NCBI GenBank assembly: GCA_964439625.1
Contig: CAYTPI010000020.1
Coordinates: 7,728-71,727, forward strand
Length of the DNA stretch: 64,000 bases
Reading direction: 5' to 3'
DNA from: an uncultured Anaerolineae bacterium
Lineage (GTDB): Bacteria > Chloroflexota > Anaerolineae > Aggregatilineales > UBA3940
The notes beneath the pieces are model-generated. The model was not told the origin of the DNA, did no database searches, and worked only from the letters and a program-made list of their open reading frames with translations. This document shows, piece by piece, positions 19,563 to 29,048 of the stretch; the first letter of the stretch is position 1, and the number at the start of each line of letters is the position of its first letter. The position numbers were made by a program, and so were the translations under genes.

Positions 19563-21524
19563 ATGCAACATAGAATCATTTTTCCATCCGTGAGCTTCAT
19601 TGCACTCGCCATGAGCGTCATGGCTTGTGCTGCCTTTGGTGGCGGAGGGGAACCTAATGGTGAGCCAGCCCAAGTTGGTGGCGGCATTCTTCAAGAAGAC
19701 GTGCCAACCGTAATTGTTGCTACTAATCCCCCACCAATGACGGCAACCTCTTTCCCCACGAGCACGCCCACCCCAACCCGCGAGCCAGCAGAAGGTGTTC
19801 CAACGGCAATACCAGCGTCTCAAGAAGGTGTGATTTATGCTTCAACACGGAACGCTGGCATTGCACCCTACTTCCTACTGCCGAACGGTAATGAAGTCAG
19901 CCCAATTGACCTTGGTGATTTTGACTTCAACATAGTTTGGCCTGAGTATTCACCTGATCTAAACCAGCTTGCATTTGCAGCCATACAAGGCGGCAATGCC
20001 TACTTAGAAGTTGGTGTCTTTGTGCAAGATGTTAATAGTGGTGAGATTACACAACTAACGACGGGTGATGGCAATCATCCGCATTGGTCACCAGATGGCA
20101 GCCAGATTGCGTATTCTTGCAACAACCGAACTGATATCTGCGTGATTAATGCCGATGGGTCAGGGGTAGTGAACATCACTGAAGATAGTGCCCGGATGGA
20201 AATGTTCCCAGATTGGACACCGGATGGTCAGATCGTTTTCATGTCTGATCGTAATGTGACGAAAAATCGTCGCTTCAGCGAGATTTATATTATGAACGCA
20301 GACGGCAGCAATATTGAACGGCTCACCTTCGATGGCAACGCATTTAATGCCTACCCTAATGTTGCCCCAAACGGTTCTCGGATTGCCTATGAAAGTAACC
20401 GCGACACAGACTTTGCAGCAGACATCTATACCATTACGATTGATGGTGACGACCGTCAACAGGTGACCACAGATGAGCGTGTCTGGAACCAAACCCCTGT
20501 CTACACAGTGGACAATCTACGGCTCGTGTATGCGGCGGATGATGGTAGCGGTCAGATTGACCTATATGAAATAAATGGCGAAGGTGGAACGGCACGGCAG
20601 CTAACGCGTTTCTCATCAGAAGATGGCGGGCTACGTTTTGGGCATTCTGTACCAAGCGCAGCACTTACGCCGAGTGGCAGTGTTGAATTAGAGAACCGCA
20701 CACCTGAGCCAATCACAGGCCCAGCGGGCGGCAACCCTGTGCCAGAGGTTATTCTATTTGCTACTAATGATATTAACTGCCCCGATTGCCTAGAGACGGG
20801 CATCTATCGGATTAACCCGGACGGCTCGGAACTGCTCAAGCTACCAGTTGATGGCTTCTTCCCAACATGGACGCCTAATCACACACGTTTCGCCTACATA
20901 GACGGTGGTGAGATGTTCCTCGCCAACTCCGATGGCTCGGATTCGACACAAATCACAGATGCGTTTATGGGGCTGGGCACTGCGACATGGGGACCAAGTG
21001 GCACATTGGTAGTCTCTGAGTGCACACCATACTTCCAGTTCGATGTTTGCGTTGTCAACATCAGCACTGGGCAGGTTCGCAACATCACACCGATTATCAC
21101 CAACGACTCAGGCGTACCTTACCCGACATGGCTGGGTGCCAACATTCTGCTGAGCAACTTTGTGCTAACCCCACAGGGCGCAATCGCCCGTGAATTAATC
21201 GGTGAAGGGCAAGCCTCACCGGATGGCATCCGACTAGCCAATATCAACCGGGCGGGGCAGTTGGTTGTAACCAACCTAGATGGCTTGCTGCTGATTACGG
21301 TAACGGACGATAACCTGACTAAGGGGAGGCCTGTTTGGGCACCAGAGGGAGAACGCATCTTGTATACAGCCTCTCCAGGTGATGGACGCCAGTATCTATA
21401 TATTGCCGACCTCAACCCAGAAACCGGTGGTGTATACCAACTTGTTGAGCAGCCAATTGCAGTTGGCCCGGCATCAGCCAGTGAGCCACTGGGAACAGCA
21501 TATGGCTATAGTTGGTCACCTTAA
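19563..21524 (+). CDS. Lipoprotein with two TolB-like (PD40) beta-propellers
   Basis: Lipobox VMAC, Thr/Pro linker, repeated P.WSPDG/WTPDG/WAPEG motifs and IYIMNADGSNIERLT repeats in two blocks. Confidence 0.85.
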   Translation: MQHRIIFPSVSFIALAMSVMACAAFGGGGEPNGEPAQVGGGILQEDVPTVIVATNPPPMTATSFPTSTPTPTREPAEGVPTAIPASQEGVIYASTRNAGIAPYFLLPNGNEVSPIDLGDFDFNIVWPEYSPDLNQLAFAAIQGGNAYLEVGVFVQDVNSGEITQLTTGDGNHPHWSPDGSQIAYSCNNRTDICVINADGSGVVNITEDSARMEMFPDWTPDGQIVFMSDRNVTKNRRFSEIYIMNADGSNIERLTFDGNAFNAYPNVAPNGSRIAYESNRDTDFAADIYTITIDGDDRQQVTTDERVWNQTPVYTVDNLRLVYAADDGSGQIDLYEINGEGGTARQLTRFSSEDGGLRFGHSVPSAALTPSGSVELENRTPEPITGPAGGNPVPEVILFATNDINCPDCLETGIYRINPDGSELLKLPVDGFFPTWTPNHTRFAYIDGGEMFLANSDGSDSTQITDAFMGLGTATWGPSGTLVVSECTPYFQFDVCVVNISTGQVRNITPIITNDSGVPYPTWLGANILLSNFVLTPQGAIARELIGEGQASPDGIRLANINRAGQLVVTNLDGLLLITVTDDNLTKGRPVWAPEGERILYTASPGDGRQYLYIADLNPETGGVYQLVEQPIAVGPASASEPLGTAYGYSWSP

Positions 21525-21568
21525 ACGGACTGCCATATAGGCAATCAAGGCCCATTTGACGGCTCTGA

Positions 21569-21597
21569 TTGCGCAACATCAAAGAGAGTGCTAAACT
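21569..21597 (+). promoter_or_regulatory. Putative sigma70-type promoter (extended -10) overlapping a CIRCE half-site
   Basis: TTGCGC-N17-TAAACT with TG at the extended position; GAGTGCTAA at 21586-21594. Confidence 0.42.
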
Positions 21598-21692
21598 CTT
21601 TCGCGGTCAATGGTGTATAGTCTCGGGTACACAGAGACCAAAAATCGCACAGTTTAAATGTTTCAGAAGGCTTGTAGGCTAGGAATAGATCT

Positions 21693-22202
21693 GTGAATGA
21701 GTCTGTTTTAGTCCTCAATGCAAATTATGAGCCGTTAAACGTCTGCAACACCAAGCGGGCCCTCGGCTTAATGATGACTGGCAAAGCAGAGATAATCGCA
21801 AACGGACGCGGTCATATTCGGACGGTCTCAAGAGCAATCCCTAATCCATCTGTTGTTCGCCTCTCTCGCATGATCCACCGCCCTCGCCCTCGTGTCAAAC
21901 TCACCAAAAGAGAAATCTTCCGTCGTGATGGCTATCAATGTCAATATTGCGGCTGCCGCCAAGAAAACTGTAACCTGACGATTGATCATATCATGCCACG
22001 CTACAGAGGCGGTGAGTATTCGTGGGGAAATCTCGTGGCCTGTTGCTCAAGTTGCAACCGGCGTAAAGGTGGACGCACGCCTGAGGAAGCTGGGATGCGC
22101 TTACGTAAAAAACCCGTTGAGCCTAGTGCCTCCGCTGAATATATGTTTGGTCATATGCTCAACCGTTATAACGAGTGGGCGACTTACATCGAGGGTTGGT
22201 AG
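21693..22202 (+). CDS. HNH endonuclease (McrA-like stand-alone family)
   Basis: VLVLNANYEPL N-terminus, RDGYQCQYCG, TIDHIMP..RGG...WGNLVACCSSCNRRKG. Confidence 0.9.
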   Translation: MNESVLVLNANYEPLNVCNTKRALGLMMTGKAEIIANGRGHIRTVSRAIPNPSVVRLSRMIHRPRPRVKLTKREIFRRDGYQCQYCGCRQENCNLTIDHIMPRYRGGEYSWGNLVACCSSCNRRKGGRTPEEAGMRLRKKPVEPSASAEYMFGHMLNRYNEWATYIEGW

Positions 22203-22293
22203 GGTAACCATCCGTTATAGATCAAAGCAGAGGCCAATGAAGCCCCTGTTTGCTGTCATGTCACTGTGCTATATTGTTTTGTCAACGTAAGGT

Positions 22294-22851
22294 TTAGGGG
22301 AGTATCGGCTGAAGCAAGCCGTAGTTACCGTCTTTGCGTCGGTACATTACGTTGACTTCGCCGCTGTCAGCGTGCATAAACACATAAAAATCGTGACCAA
22401 GCAATTCCATCTGATCGATAGCTTCCTGTTCCAACATCGGGAAGATTTCGAAGGATTTCCGGCGTAGGACAACACCTGGCTCAAGCTCATCTGCTGAAAG
22501 ATCAACAGCGCTCTCGTAAGCGTCAAATACCTCTTTAACATCAGGACGGCGTTTGCGCCTTCCTTTGTAGCGCTCAATTTGACGATACATTTTATCTAAA
22601 ACATTATCCACAGCGACATAGATATCTGCGGTGCGCTCCTCAGCACGGAGTATCGTGCCACGTTGGTGACGCAATGTGATTTGCGCACTGTACTCGTCCT
22701 CTGGGTCACGGTTCGACTTTTCTTCGCTCACATCCACTTGCACTTCCGAAATATTTGGCATGTAGCGGTCTAATCGACCAACTTTGCGCTCGATATAATC
22801 GCGCAACTTTGGTGTTACCGTCAAGTCATGACCATTAATTAAGACTTTCAT
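22294..22851 (-). CDS. hpf: Long ribosome hibernation promoting factor
   Basis: Ribosomal S30AE domain (LRDYIERKVGRLDRY, DIYVAVD..LDKMYRQIERYK) plus C-terminal EAIDQMELLGHDFYVF..VMYRRKDGNYGL. Confidence 0.95.
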   Translation of the reverse strand: MKVLINGHDLTVTPKLRDYIERKVGRLDRYMPNISEVQVDVSEEKSNRDPEDEYSAQITLRHQRGTILRAEERTADIYVAVDNVLDKMYRQIERYKGRRKRRPDVKEVFDAYESAVDLSADELEPGVVLRRKSFEIFPMLEQEAIDQMELLGHDFYVFMHADSGEVNVMYRRKDGNYGLLQPILP

Positions 22852-23158
22852 TCGTGCTGTACACTCCTATATAGATTGTTCTTATTAACTTCACTACATA
22901 TCGCTCTTGCCAAGCGGACTAAACCACACACAACTCCCCGATATTATTTGATATGCAGTGGCGTGTTGGCTGGTCGTGCAGAGTGCCTGTTATACATAAA
23001 ACACGCTGGCGCTTAGGCGGCGACACAGTATTGTTAGGTGGTCTTTTATCGTAACATAAAATTGATGCGCATGGAATACAAGTGCACCCATAGCGCACAG
23101 GAGTGAGACTGTATCAACATATTAGTAGTTTGCCTACCCTTCCGCTTAGAAAGGTCAG

Positions 23159-23878
23159 CTACGCTCGAGCAACGGTTAAACAGTAGACTTGCTCTGCGCC
23201 AGCGGATAATAGCGCTTGCGCAGATGCGTCTAGTGTCGCACCTGTAGTGCAAACATCATCAATCAACAAAATGACTTGTTCACTCACAAGTTGTGGCTCT
23301 GCCACAAACGCGTCAGCGACATTGCGGCGCCGTTGCTCCATAGTCAATGTTGTTTGTGACGGTGTAGCACGGTCACGTTGGAGTGCGGTTAAGGGCAACA
23401 AATGTATCTCTAGCTTTGCAGCCAAATGTGCAGCCAAGAGCTCTGACTGATTGTAGCCTCGTTGAGCCAAACGCTCTGGGTGAAGAGGGACAGCACAAAG
23501 GGACGTTACATTCGCAAAGTAGTGCGAGTCGACAGTTTTGAGAGCGGCTTCAGCGAGTGCCGCAGCTATTACCCGGTTGTTTTGGTACTTAAGGGCGTAA
23601 ATCGCTTGCCCGAGCTGGTCATCATACAAGTAAGCACTAATCGAACGGATAAACACAGGCGGATAGTTTTGACAAGTGCGGCAGATTGCTTCCATAGAGT
23701 CTGGATGTAGGTTCGGGTTATCGCACCGCTGGCATCTGCGAGAGGGCAACGGGCGGAAATGCTCTACACACCGGGAGCACAAGGGCACACCATAGCGTCT
23801 GCATACCGCACACTTCAGAGGAAAAAACAGGCTGCCGATTGCTTTTGTGAGCCGGGCAGCCTGCTTTTGAAAAGTCAT
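23159..23878 (-). CDS. comF: ComF family protein (double Zn ribbon plus PRTase-like domain)
   Basis: CAVC..LCSRC..CQRC..ICRTC, ALKY, VPLH..R..RGYNQ, RRRNV..AF and LLIDDVCTTGATL. Confidence 0.9.
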   Translation of the reverse strand: MTFQKQAARLTKAIGSLFFPLKCAVCRRYGVPLCSRCVEHFRPLPSRRCQRCDNPNLHPDSMEAICRTCQNYPPVFIRSISAYLYDDQLGQAIYALKYQNNRVIAAALAEAALKTVDSHYFANVTSLCAVPLHPERLAQRGYNQSELLAAHLAAKLEIHLLPLTALQRDRATPSQTTLTMEQRRRNVADAFVAEPQLVSEQVILLIDDVCTTGATLDASAQALLSAGAEQVYCLTVARA

Positions 23879-23899
23879 CTGGTTGGGGTGTAGGCTGTA

Positions 23900-24850
23900 T
23901 TAACCGCCGCCGTAGAACTGACGGAACAACTGAACACCGGCTGGACCAAGCAACACAATCCAAATAGTTGGGAAAATCAAAAGAACCATTGGGATCATCA
24001 TTTTTACAGGGGCTTGCTGCGCCTTTGCTTGGGCTCGCTGACGACGTTTAATACGCATTTGCTCAGACTGAACTTTTAAGACCTTAGAAATACTGACACC
24101 GAGTTGGTCAGCTTGAATAATCGCACCGGTAAAAGTCGTCACGTCTTGGACATCCATACTATCAGCCATGTTTTTCAGTGCGTCTCGTCGTGACTTGCCA
24201 AGAGAAATCTCTTTGATGACACGACCAAAGGCGATGGATAATTTATTGTCCCACTTCTCGTAGACCTTACCCATTGCTTGGTCAAAGCCAAGGCCAGCTT
24301 CTACGCAAATAGACATTAAGTCCAGTGCATCAGGAAGGGCCTTTACGATTTCATCTTGGCGGCGTTTCACCTTCGAGCGCAGGAGCATCCAAGGCATCAG
24401 AAAGCCAAAGCCACCGCCACCAAAGAAACCAAGGATGCGCCACAATGCAGGACGGTTGGCAATCGAGAAGACCGCCAGCAGCAGAAACGCGAGCACAACC
24501 ATCATCACAAAGCGCGACACCCAAAAGAGCGCAGGCGTTAGGCCTTTGGGGCTACCCGCCAGCACAATCAGGCGCTGCGTCTTTTCAAGGGTCTGCTGCG
24601 GGGCAAATGACGTTGTAAAATCAGCCAACTTTTGCGCAATTGGCAACAAAACACGCTGAGTGAATGGCACCTGCATTTCAATGTCTTCAATGTTAGCAGA
24701 TGCTTCCTCGCCTGAAGAGTAAAGCGCAAGCCGTTCAGAGAGAGGGTCTGCCTCTCGACGGTTTGAAAGACCGATGATGACGAGCACAATGGCCGTGATC
24801 ACAATTACTAGACCGATAGCGGCAATTGGCAATATCAATGATAGATTCAT
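23900..24850 (-). CDS. tadC: Tad pilus inner-membrane platform protein TadC (T2SSF family)
   Basis: LPDALDLMSICVEAGLGFDQA, FTGAIIQADQLGVSI and AQQAPVKMMIPMVLLIFP. Confidence 0.92.
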   Translation of the reverse strand: MNLSLILPIAAIGLVIVITAIVLVIIGLSNRREADPLSERLALYSSGEEASANIEDIEMQVPFTQRVLLPIAQKLADFTTSFAPQQTLEKTQRLIVLAGSPKGLTPALFWVSRFVMMVVLAFLLLAVFSIANRPALWRILGFFGGGGFGFLMPWMLLRSKVKRRQDEIVKALPDALDLMSICVEAGLGFDQAMGKVYEKWDNKLSIAFGRVIKEISLGKSRRDALKNMADSMDVQDVTTFTGAIIQADQLGVSISKVLKVQSEQMRIKRRQRAQAKAQQAPVKMMIPMVLLIFPTIWIVLLGPAGVQLFRQFYGGG

Positions 24851-24908
24851 TGTGGCATCTCCACAAACTTACAGACGTTCGTAAACTTCTTCAATAAAAC
24901 TACGGTTA

Positions 24909-25958
24909 CTATACCTCAACATCAACGATACGACGGATGACAGCAAGCCCAACTGCCATCATTGTTAGACCAACACCAATCAAAGGCCAACCACAAGGAA
25001 TTTGGGTTGCTGGAATGTAAGCCCCACCTCGGTCTGGACCATAGAATAGCTGCCCCATGTAAGACGGGCTGACGAACAACAGGAATACAGCCAGCACAAG
25101 CGGCAGCAAGCCAATCAGAATGCCAGTCGCACGACCAGAAGCCGTAAGTACCTCAATTTCACCCTTGATACGAATACGCTCTCGAATAGTGAAGCTGATG
25201 ACCTCAAGGATTTCAGCAAGATTACCACCGACTTCGCGCTGGATGTTGACAGCGGTAAAGACCAAATCAAGGTCCTCACTGCCAATACGCGAAAGCATAT
25301 TACTTAGTGTTGTATCAAAGGGTACACCGATGGACATCTCAGCCACGACACGCTTAAATTCATCGCTAGCAGGCGGAGGTGCTTCTCTCGCAACAGCTTC
25401 GAGAGCTTGAGGCACGCTGAAGCCTGCTCGCAGCGCATTGGTCCACAGCCCAAGAATGTCAACAAGCTGGTTGTTAAAAGCCTTCAACCGACGGCGCTGG
25501 CGAATGGTCACGTAAATGCGAGGAATAAACAAACCGATGATGAAGCCGACTCCAGCCCGTGGGCCGGGGAAGAACAGCCACATAATCAGCGTTAAGCCAG
25601 TCGCTACGACAAAATGCATAATGAAATATTCAGTGACAGACAGCGGGACATTTGCTTTGCGCAACTGCCCACGAATATTTCCAGCGATACCACGGTTCGC
25701 AAGCATATTATCCAGTTTAGCATAGACCTCATCGCGGGATAAGCCGCCGGAGGCCGGAGCGTCAGATTGACCTGTTTGATCCTGTGGCCCTGGTGTCCAC
25801 TCACTATCTAACTGACGCTGCAATTCCTCGAGACGCTGATCCTCAGCGCTTTGATTGCGGCGACGAAAAAAGATAAAGAGACTAACAGCAATTAAGACAG
25901 GGAGCAGGCAAATAGCAACTATACCAATAATGCCTAACCCAATGATTGCTTCAAGCAT
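24909..25958 (-). CDS. tadB: Tad pilus platform protein TadB (T2SSF family)
   Basis: FNNQL.D.L....NALRAGFS, AVNIQREVGGNLAEIL and I.GEIEVLTASGR. Confidence 0.92.
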   Translation of the reverse strand: MLEAIIGLGIIGIVAICLLPVLIAVSLFIFFRRRNQSAEDQRLEELQRQLDSEWTPGPQDQTGQSDAPASGGLSRDEVYAKLDNMLANRGIAGNIRGQLRKANVPLSVTEYFIMHFVVATGLTLIMWLFFPGPRAGVGFIIGLFIPRIYVTIRQRRRLKAFNNQLVDILGLWTNALRAGFSVPQALEAVAREAPPPASDEFKRVVAEMSIGVPFDTTLSNMLSRIGSEDLDLVFTAVNIQREVGGNLAEILEVISFTIRERIRIKGEIEVLTASGRATGILIGLLPLVLAVFLLFVSPSYMGQLFYGPDRGGAYIPATQIPCGWPLIGVGLTMMAVGLAVIRRIVDVEV

Positions 25959-26007
25959 GGAACCTCCTCTAAGAGAGCCTATTTTCTAGCAAGCCAACAC
26001 TGTCTGA

Positions 26008-27393
26008 CTAGCGGCGCGGGCCAAAGAAAATTGCGGGTGGAAGTTGAATACCCGCATCCAGGATTTTGTCGATGTTCTTAGGACGCAGACCCGTTGGACG
26101 AGTACGCCCAATGATACGATCCCCATCCATACCAGTTTGCTCAAATTCGAAGATATCAGACATGGTGACCACATCACCTTCCATACCTTGGATTTCGGAG
26201 ATTTTGACGATCTTGCGAGAGCCATCACGCATGCGGCTTTGGTGCACAATCATATGAACAGCAGATGATATCTGTTCACGGATGGCACGAATTGGTAAAT
26301 CCATGCCAGCCATCAGGCACATTGTCTCTAAGCGAGCGAGTGTGTCACGCGGGGAGTTACTGTGCGCTGTACCCATCGACCCGTCGTGTCCGGTATTCAT
26401 CGCTTGGATCAGGTCGAGTGCCTCACCACCACGAACCTCACCAACGACAATGCGGTCAGGGCGCATGCGGAGCGAGTTAATCATCAGGTCGCGAATAGTA
26501 ATTTCACCCTTACCTTCAATGTTCGGCGGGCGACTTTCCAAACGAACAACGTGCGGTTGACGAAGTTGTAGTTCAGCCGCGTTCTCAATCGTGACGATGC
26601 GATCTTCTTCTGGGATAAAGCTGGACAGGATGTTCAGGAGCGTTGTCTTACCGGAACCAGTGCCACCAGAGACCACAACATTAAACCCGGCGATAACACA
26701 AGCCTTGAGAAATTCCATCATTTCAACAGTGGCAGTTCCAAAGTCGATAATGTTTTGCACTGTAAGCGGCACTTTGGAGAATTTGCGGATTGTGAGTGCA
26801 GACCCATCCAGCGCGATTGGTGGAATGACCGCATTAACACGTGATCCATCCGGTAGACGTGCGTCGACTGTTGGTGATGATTCGTCGATGCGGCGTCCAA
26901 GCGGTGCAACAATGCGATCAATGATGCGGCGGAGGTGCTCTTCGTCTTCAAAATGCACAGGCGCACGAGTCAAGTGCCCCTTCTTTTCGATGTAAATCTT
27001 GTCTGCACCGATTGTCATAATCTCAGTGATATCGGTATCTTCCAGCAGCGGTTCCAGCGGACCAAACCCCAACAACTCAGCCACAATCTGCTCATGCAGA
27101 CGGCGCCGTTCATTGCGGGCCAGCACAATATTTTCTTCAGCGAGAATTGTGTTGAACAGATCATCGATGCGCGCCCGCAGCTCATCGGACTTTGACATAT
27201 CAAAGACCTCACCGACGCCTAGGTCTTCTAACAAGCGACGCTGCACACGCTCTTTGACATCAATCCCGCCGACGCGCCCAATGTCTTTCATGACGGGTGT
27301 GCGTTGTACTGGGGAGTCACCTTCAGGACGATCTGAACGCCCATCCCCGGAACCACCAGTTTCAATTCTCTTTAATAAGCTACTACCAGCCAT
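26008..27393 (-). CDS. cpaF: Tad pilus assembly ATPase CpaF/TadA
   Basis: GFGPLEPLL, ARLPDGSRVN, Walker A GGTGSGKTT, LRMRPDRIVVGEVRG and AMNTGHDGS. Confidence 0.95.
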   Translation of the reverse strand: MAGSSLLKRIETGGSGDGRSDRPEGDSPVQRTPVMKDIGRVGGIDVKERVQRRLLEDLGVGEVFDMSKSDELRARIDDLFNTILAEENIVLARNERRRLHEQIVAELLGFGPLEPLLEDTDITEIMTIGADKIYIEKKGHLTRAPVHFEDEEHLRRIIDRIVAPLGRRIDESSPTVDARLPDGSRVNAVIPPIALDGSALTIRKFSKVPLTVQNIIDFGTATVEMMEFLKACVIAGFNVVVSGGTGSGKTTLLNILSSFIPEEDRIVTIENAAELQLRQPHVVRLESRPPNIEGKGEITIRDLMINSLRMRPDRIVVGEVRGGEALDLIQAMNTGHDGSMGTAHSNSPRDTLARLETMCLMAGMDLPIRAIREQISSAVHMIVHQSRMRDGSRKIVKISEIQGMEGDVVTMSDIFEFEQTGMDGDRIIGRTRPTGLRPKNIDKILDAGIQLPPAIFFGPRR

Positions 27394-27412
27394 TATAAGT
27401 TCTCCTCACTAT

Positions 27413-28717
27413 CTAGTTACCACCAAGCAAGTTACTGAATAACCCAGTACGCTTCGTCTGGGGCTCTGCAACCGTCTCTTGAACTTGCTCACTGCCTTCA
27501 ATTTCGGTACGAATGTGCTGCGCCAGTTTCATCAGCGGTTGCGCAGCAGGTGATCGCTTCGGATCGACGTTGACAATTGGAGTACCGCGGTTGAGCAACT
27601 CTTCTGCAAGCGGCTCAATCGGGATAACCACGTTGACTGCCAACTTGAGGAAGTTTCCAATTTGCTCTGGCGTAATGCTGCTGCGCTCGGCATCATATCG
27701 ATTGAGAACAAGCGTTTGCCCGCGCTCTATTGGAACCTCGTCGCCACCCTCGACCTCGGTTATCAGACCAGATAGGATGCGCGAGTCTTTAAGTGCTGAC
27801 ATGTTGGCCTGCGTAATCATGACGATATGGTCCGCAGACTGTAGAGCCGTCACAAGCACACCATCAATTGCTGTTGACGTATCTACAATGATGTAATCAT
27901 ACAGTGGGCGTAGATCATTTAACAAGCGCCTAAGCCCTTCCGGCTGAAGCGGTTCAGCTTCTAGCGGGTTTGGCGGCGCAGTCAGCAAGCGTATGCCTGT
28001 ATCATGTTCAATTACCACACCTTCTAAACCATGCTCATCTAACTCAGACTCCAACGCCATCCCAGCAGCATCAACCACATTATACTGGGCACGCGTATTT
28101 AACGACACAGCGACATCACCCGCATAAACATTTGTGTCAACGATCAGAATATCTTTGTCAGGGGCCGATTTTTTTATCGCTGCCGCTAGGTTAACTGCAA
28201 CCGTTGTTTTTCCTGTGCCGCCTTTCAGACTTGCAACCGTGACTATGCGCCCCTCAATCATACGCTTTTTCTTAACAGGTGTCTCTGGCTGCTCTGGTGA
28301 GGCGGTAGACGGGTCAGGGAGGGCAGACGTAGTTTCTACCGTCGCCATACTAGCGGCCCGTCGGATAGCGCTGGTTAATTCATCGCCTGAAATTGGCTTT
28401 GGCACAAAATCAACAGCGCCTGCTCGCATGGCTGAGCGCACATAATTCATATCATCTTGGACACTGACCACAATTACCTGAGTATTTGGGTAGTCTTTCC
28501 GAATAATCTGAGTCGCTTCGATGCCGTTCATTCCGGGCATATTTATGTCCATCAAGACAACGCGTGGTTGGTATTCACGAACCTTCTGGACGGCCTCACG
28601 CCCGTCCTCTGCGAAGTCTAATACTTCAATATCATCCTCATACTCTAGCAAACGACGCGTTCCCTCACGGGTATCTTCGTTATCGTCACAGATGAGAATT
28701 TTGATCATGTCTGCCAT
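27413..28717 (-). CDS. Receiver domain fused to CpaE/TadZ (MinD-like) ATPase
   Basis: REC domain (CDDNE, MDINMP, VSVQ, PKP) plus deviant Walker A KGGTGKTT and YIIVDT. ATG at 28717 (ORF track starts at TTG 28729). Confidence 0.88.
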   Translation of the reverse strand: MADMIKILICDDNEDTREGTRRLLEYEDDIEVLDFAEDGREAVQKVREYQPRVVLMDINMPGMNGIEATQIIRKDYPNTQVIVVSVQDDMNYVRSAMRAGAVDFVPKPISGDELTSAIRRAASMATVETTSALPDPSTASPEQPETPVKKKRMIEGRIVTVASLKGGTGKTTVAVNLAAAIKKSAPDKDILIVDTNVYAGDVAVSLNTRAQYNVVDAAGMALESELDEHGLEGVVIEHDTGIRLLTAPPNPLEAEPLQPEGLRRLLNDLRPLYDYIIVDTSTAIDGVLVTALQSADHIVMITQANMSALKDSRILSGLITEVEGGDEVPIERGQTLVLNRYDAERSSITPEQIGNFLKLAVNVVIPIEPLAEELLNRGTPIVNVDPKRSPAAQPLMKLAQHIRTEIEGSEQVQETVAEPQTKRTGLFSNLLGGN

Positions 28718-29003
28718 GTATTGTCCCAACCGGTGGAGTCACAGTCAAAAACAGGCTAACGCCTGCTATCTTACATAATCTTACTTAGAATAATACCAAT
28801 GTAGATGAACCTGTCTAAGTTTATCTCATTACAAGCAAAACGGCGTGTTTCATTTCTCAAAGGACCCCAATTTTGTCGAATAGTATCGGGATTGTAAGCT
28901 TGGAAGCCATATATACTATACGTATCCGTCGCTATGCTCGTCAACCTACCAGCAGGTAGACAGGACTGAGATTACATCAGAATTGAAAACCTTAACCTAA
29001 TAC

Positions 29004-29037
29004 AAACTAAAACCGGCTGTATATTTGTACAGCCGGT
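29004..29037 (-). terminator. Rho-independent terminator after the DegS-like gene
   Basis: Perfect 10-bp stem ACCGGCTGTA/TACAGCCGGT (29012-29021/29028-29037), 6-nt loop, followed on the minus strand by TTTAGTTT. Confidence 0.75.
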
Positions 29038-29048
29038 CATACTTGACA

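Noticed and set aside
19221-19823. 200-aa minus-strand ORF spanning the mfd end and the lipoprotein start
   Set aside because: Overlaps two well-supported plus-strand genes; composition is not protein-family-like.
21693-22202. HNH gene as a mobile homing endonuclease or restriction module
   Set aside because: No intron, intein, methyltransferase or IS context; it matches the stand-alone chromosomal HNH family.
22852-23158. Canonical raiA-motif RNA
   Set aside because: The position fits, but the conserved raiA segments were not recognisable by eye; kept only as a generic structured-region finding.
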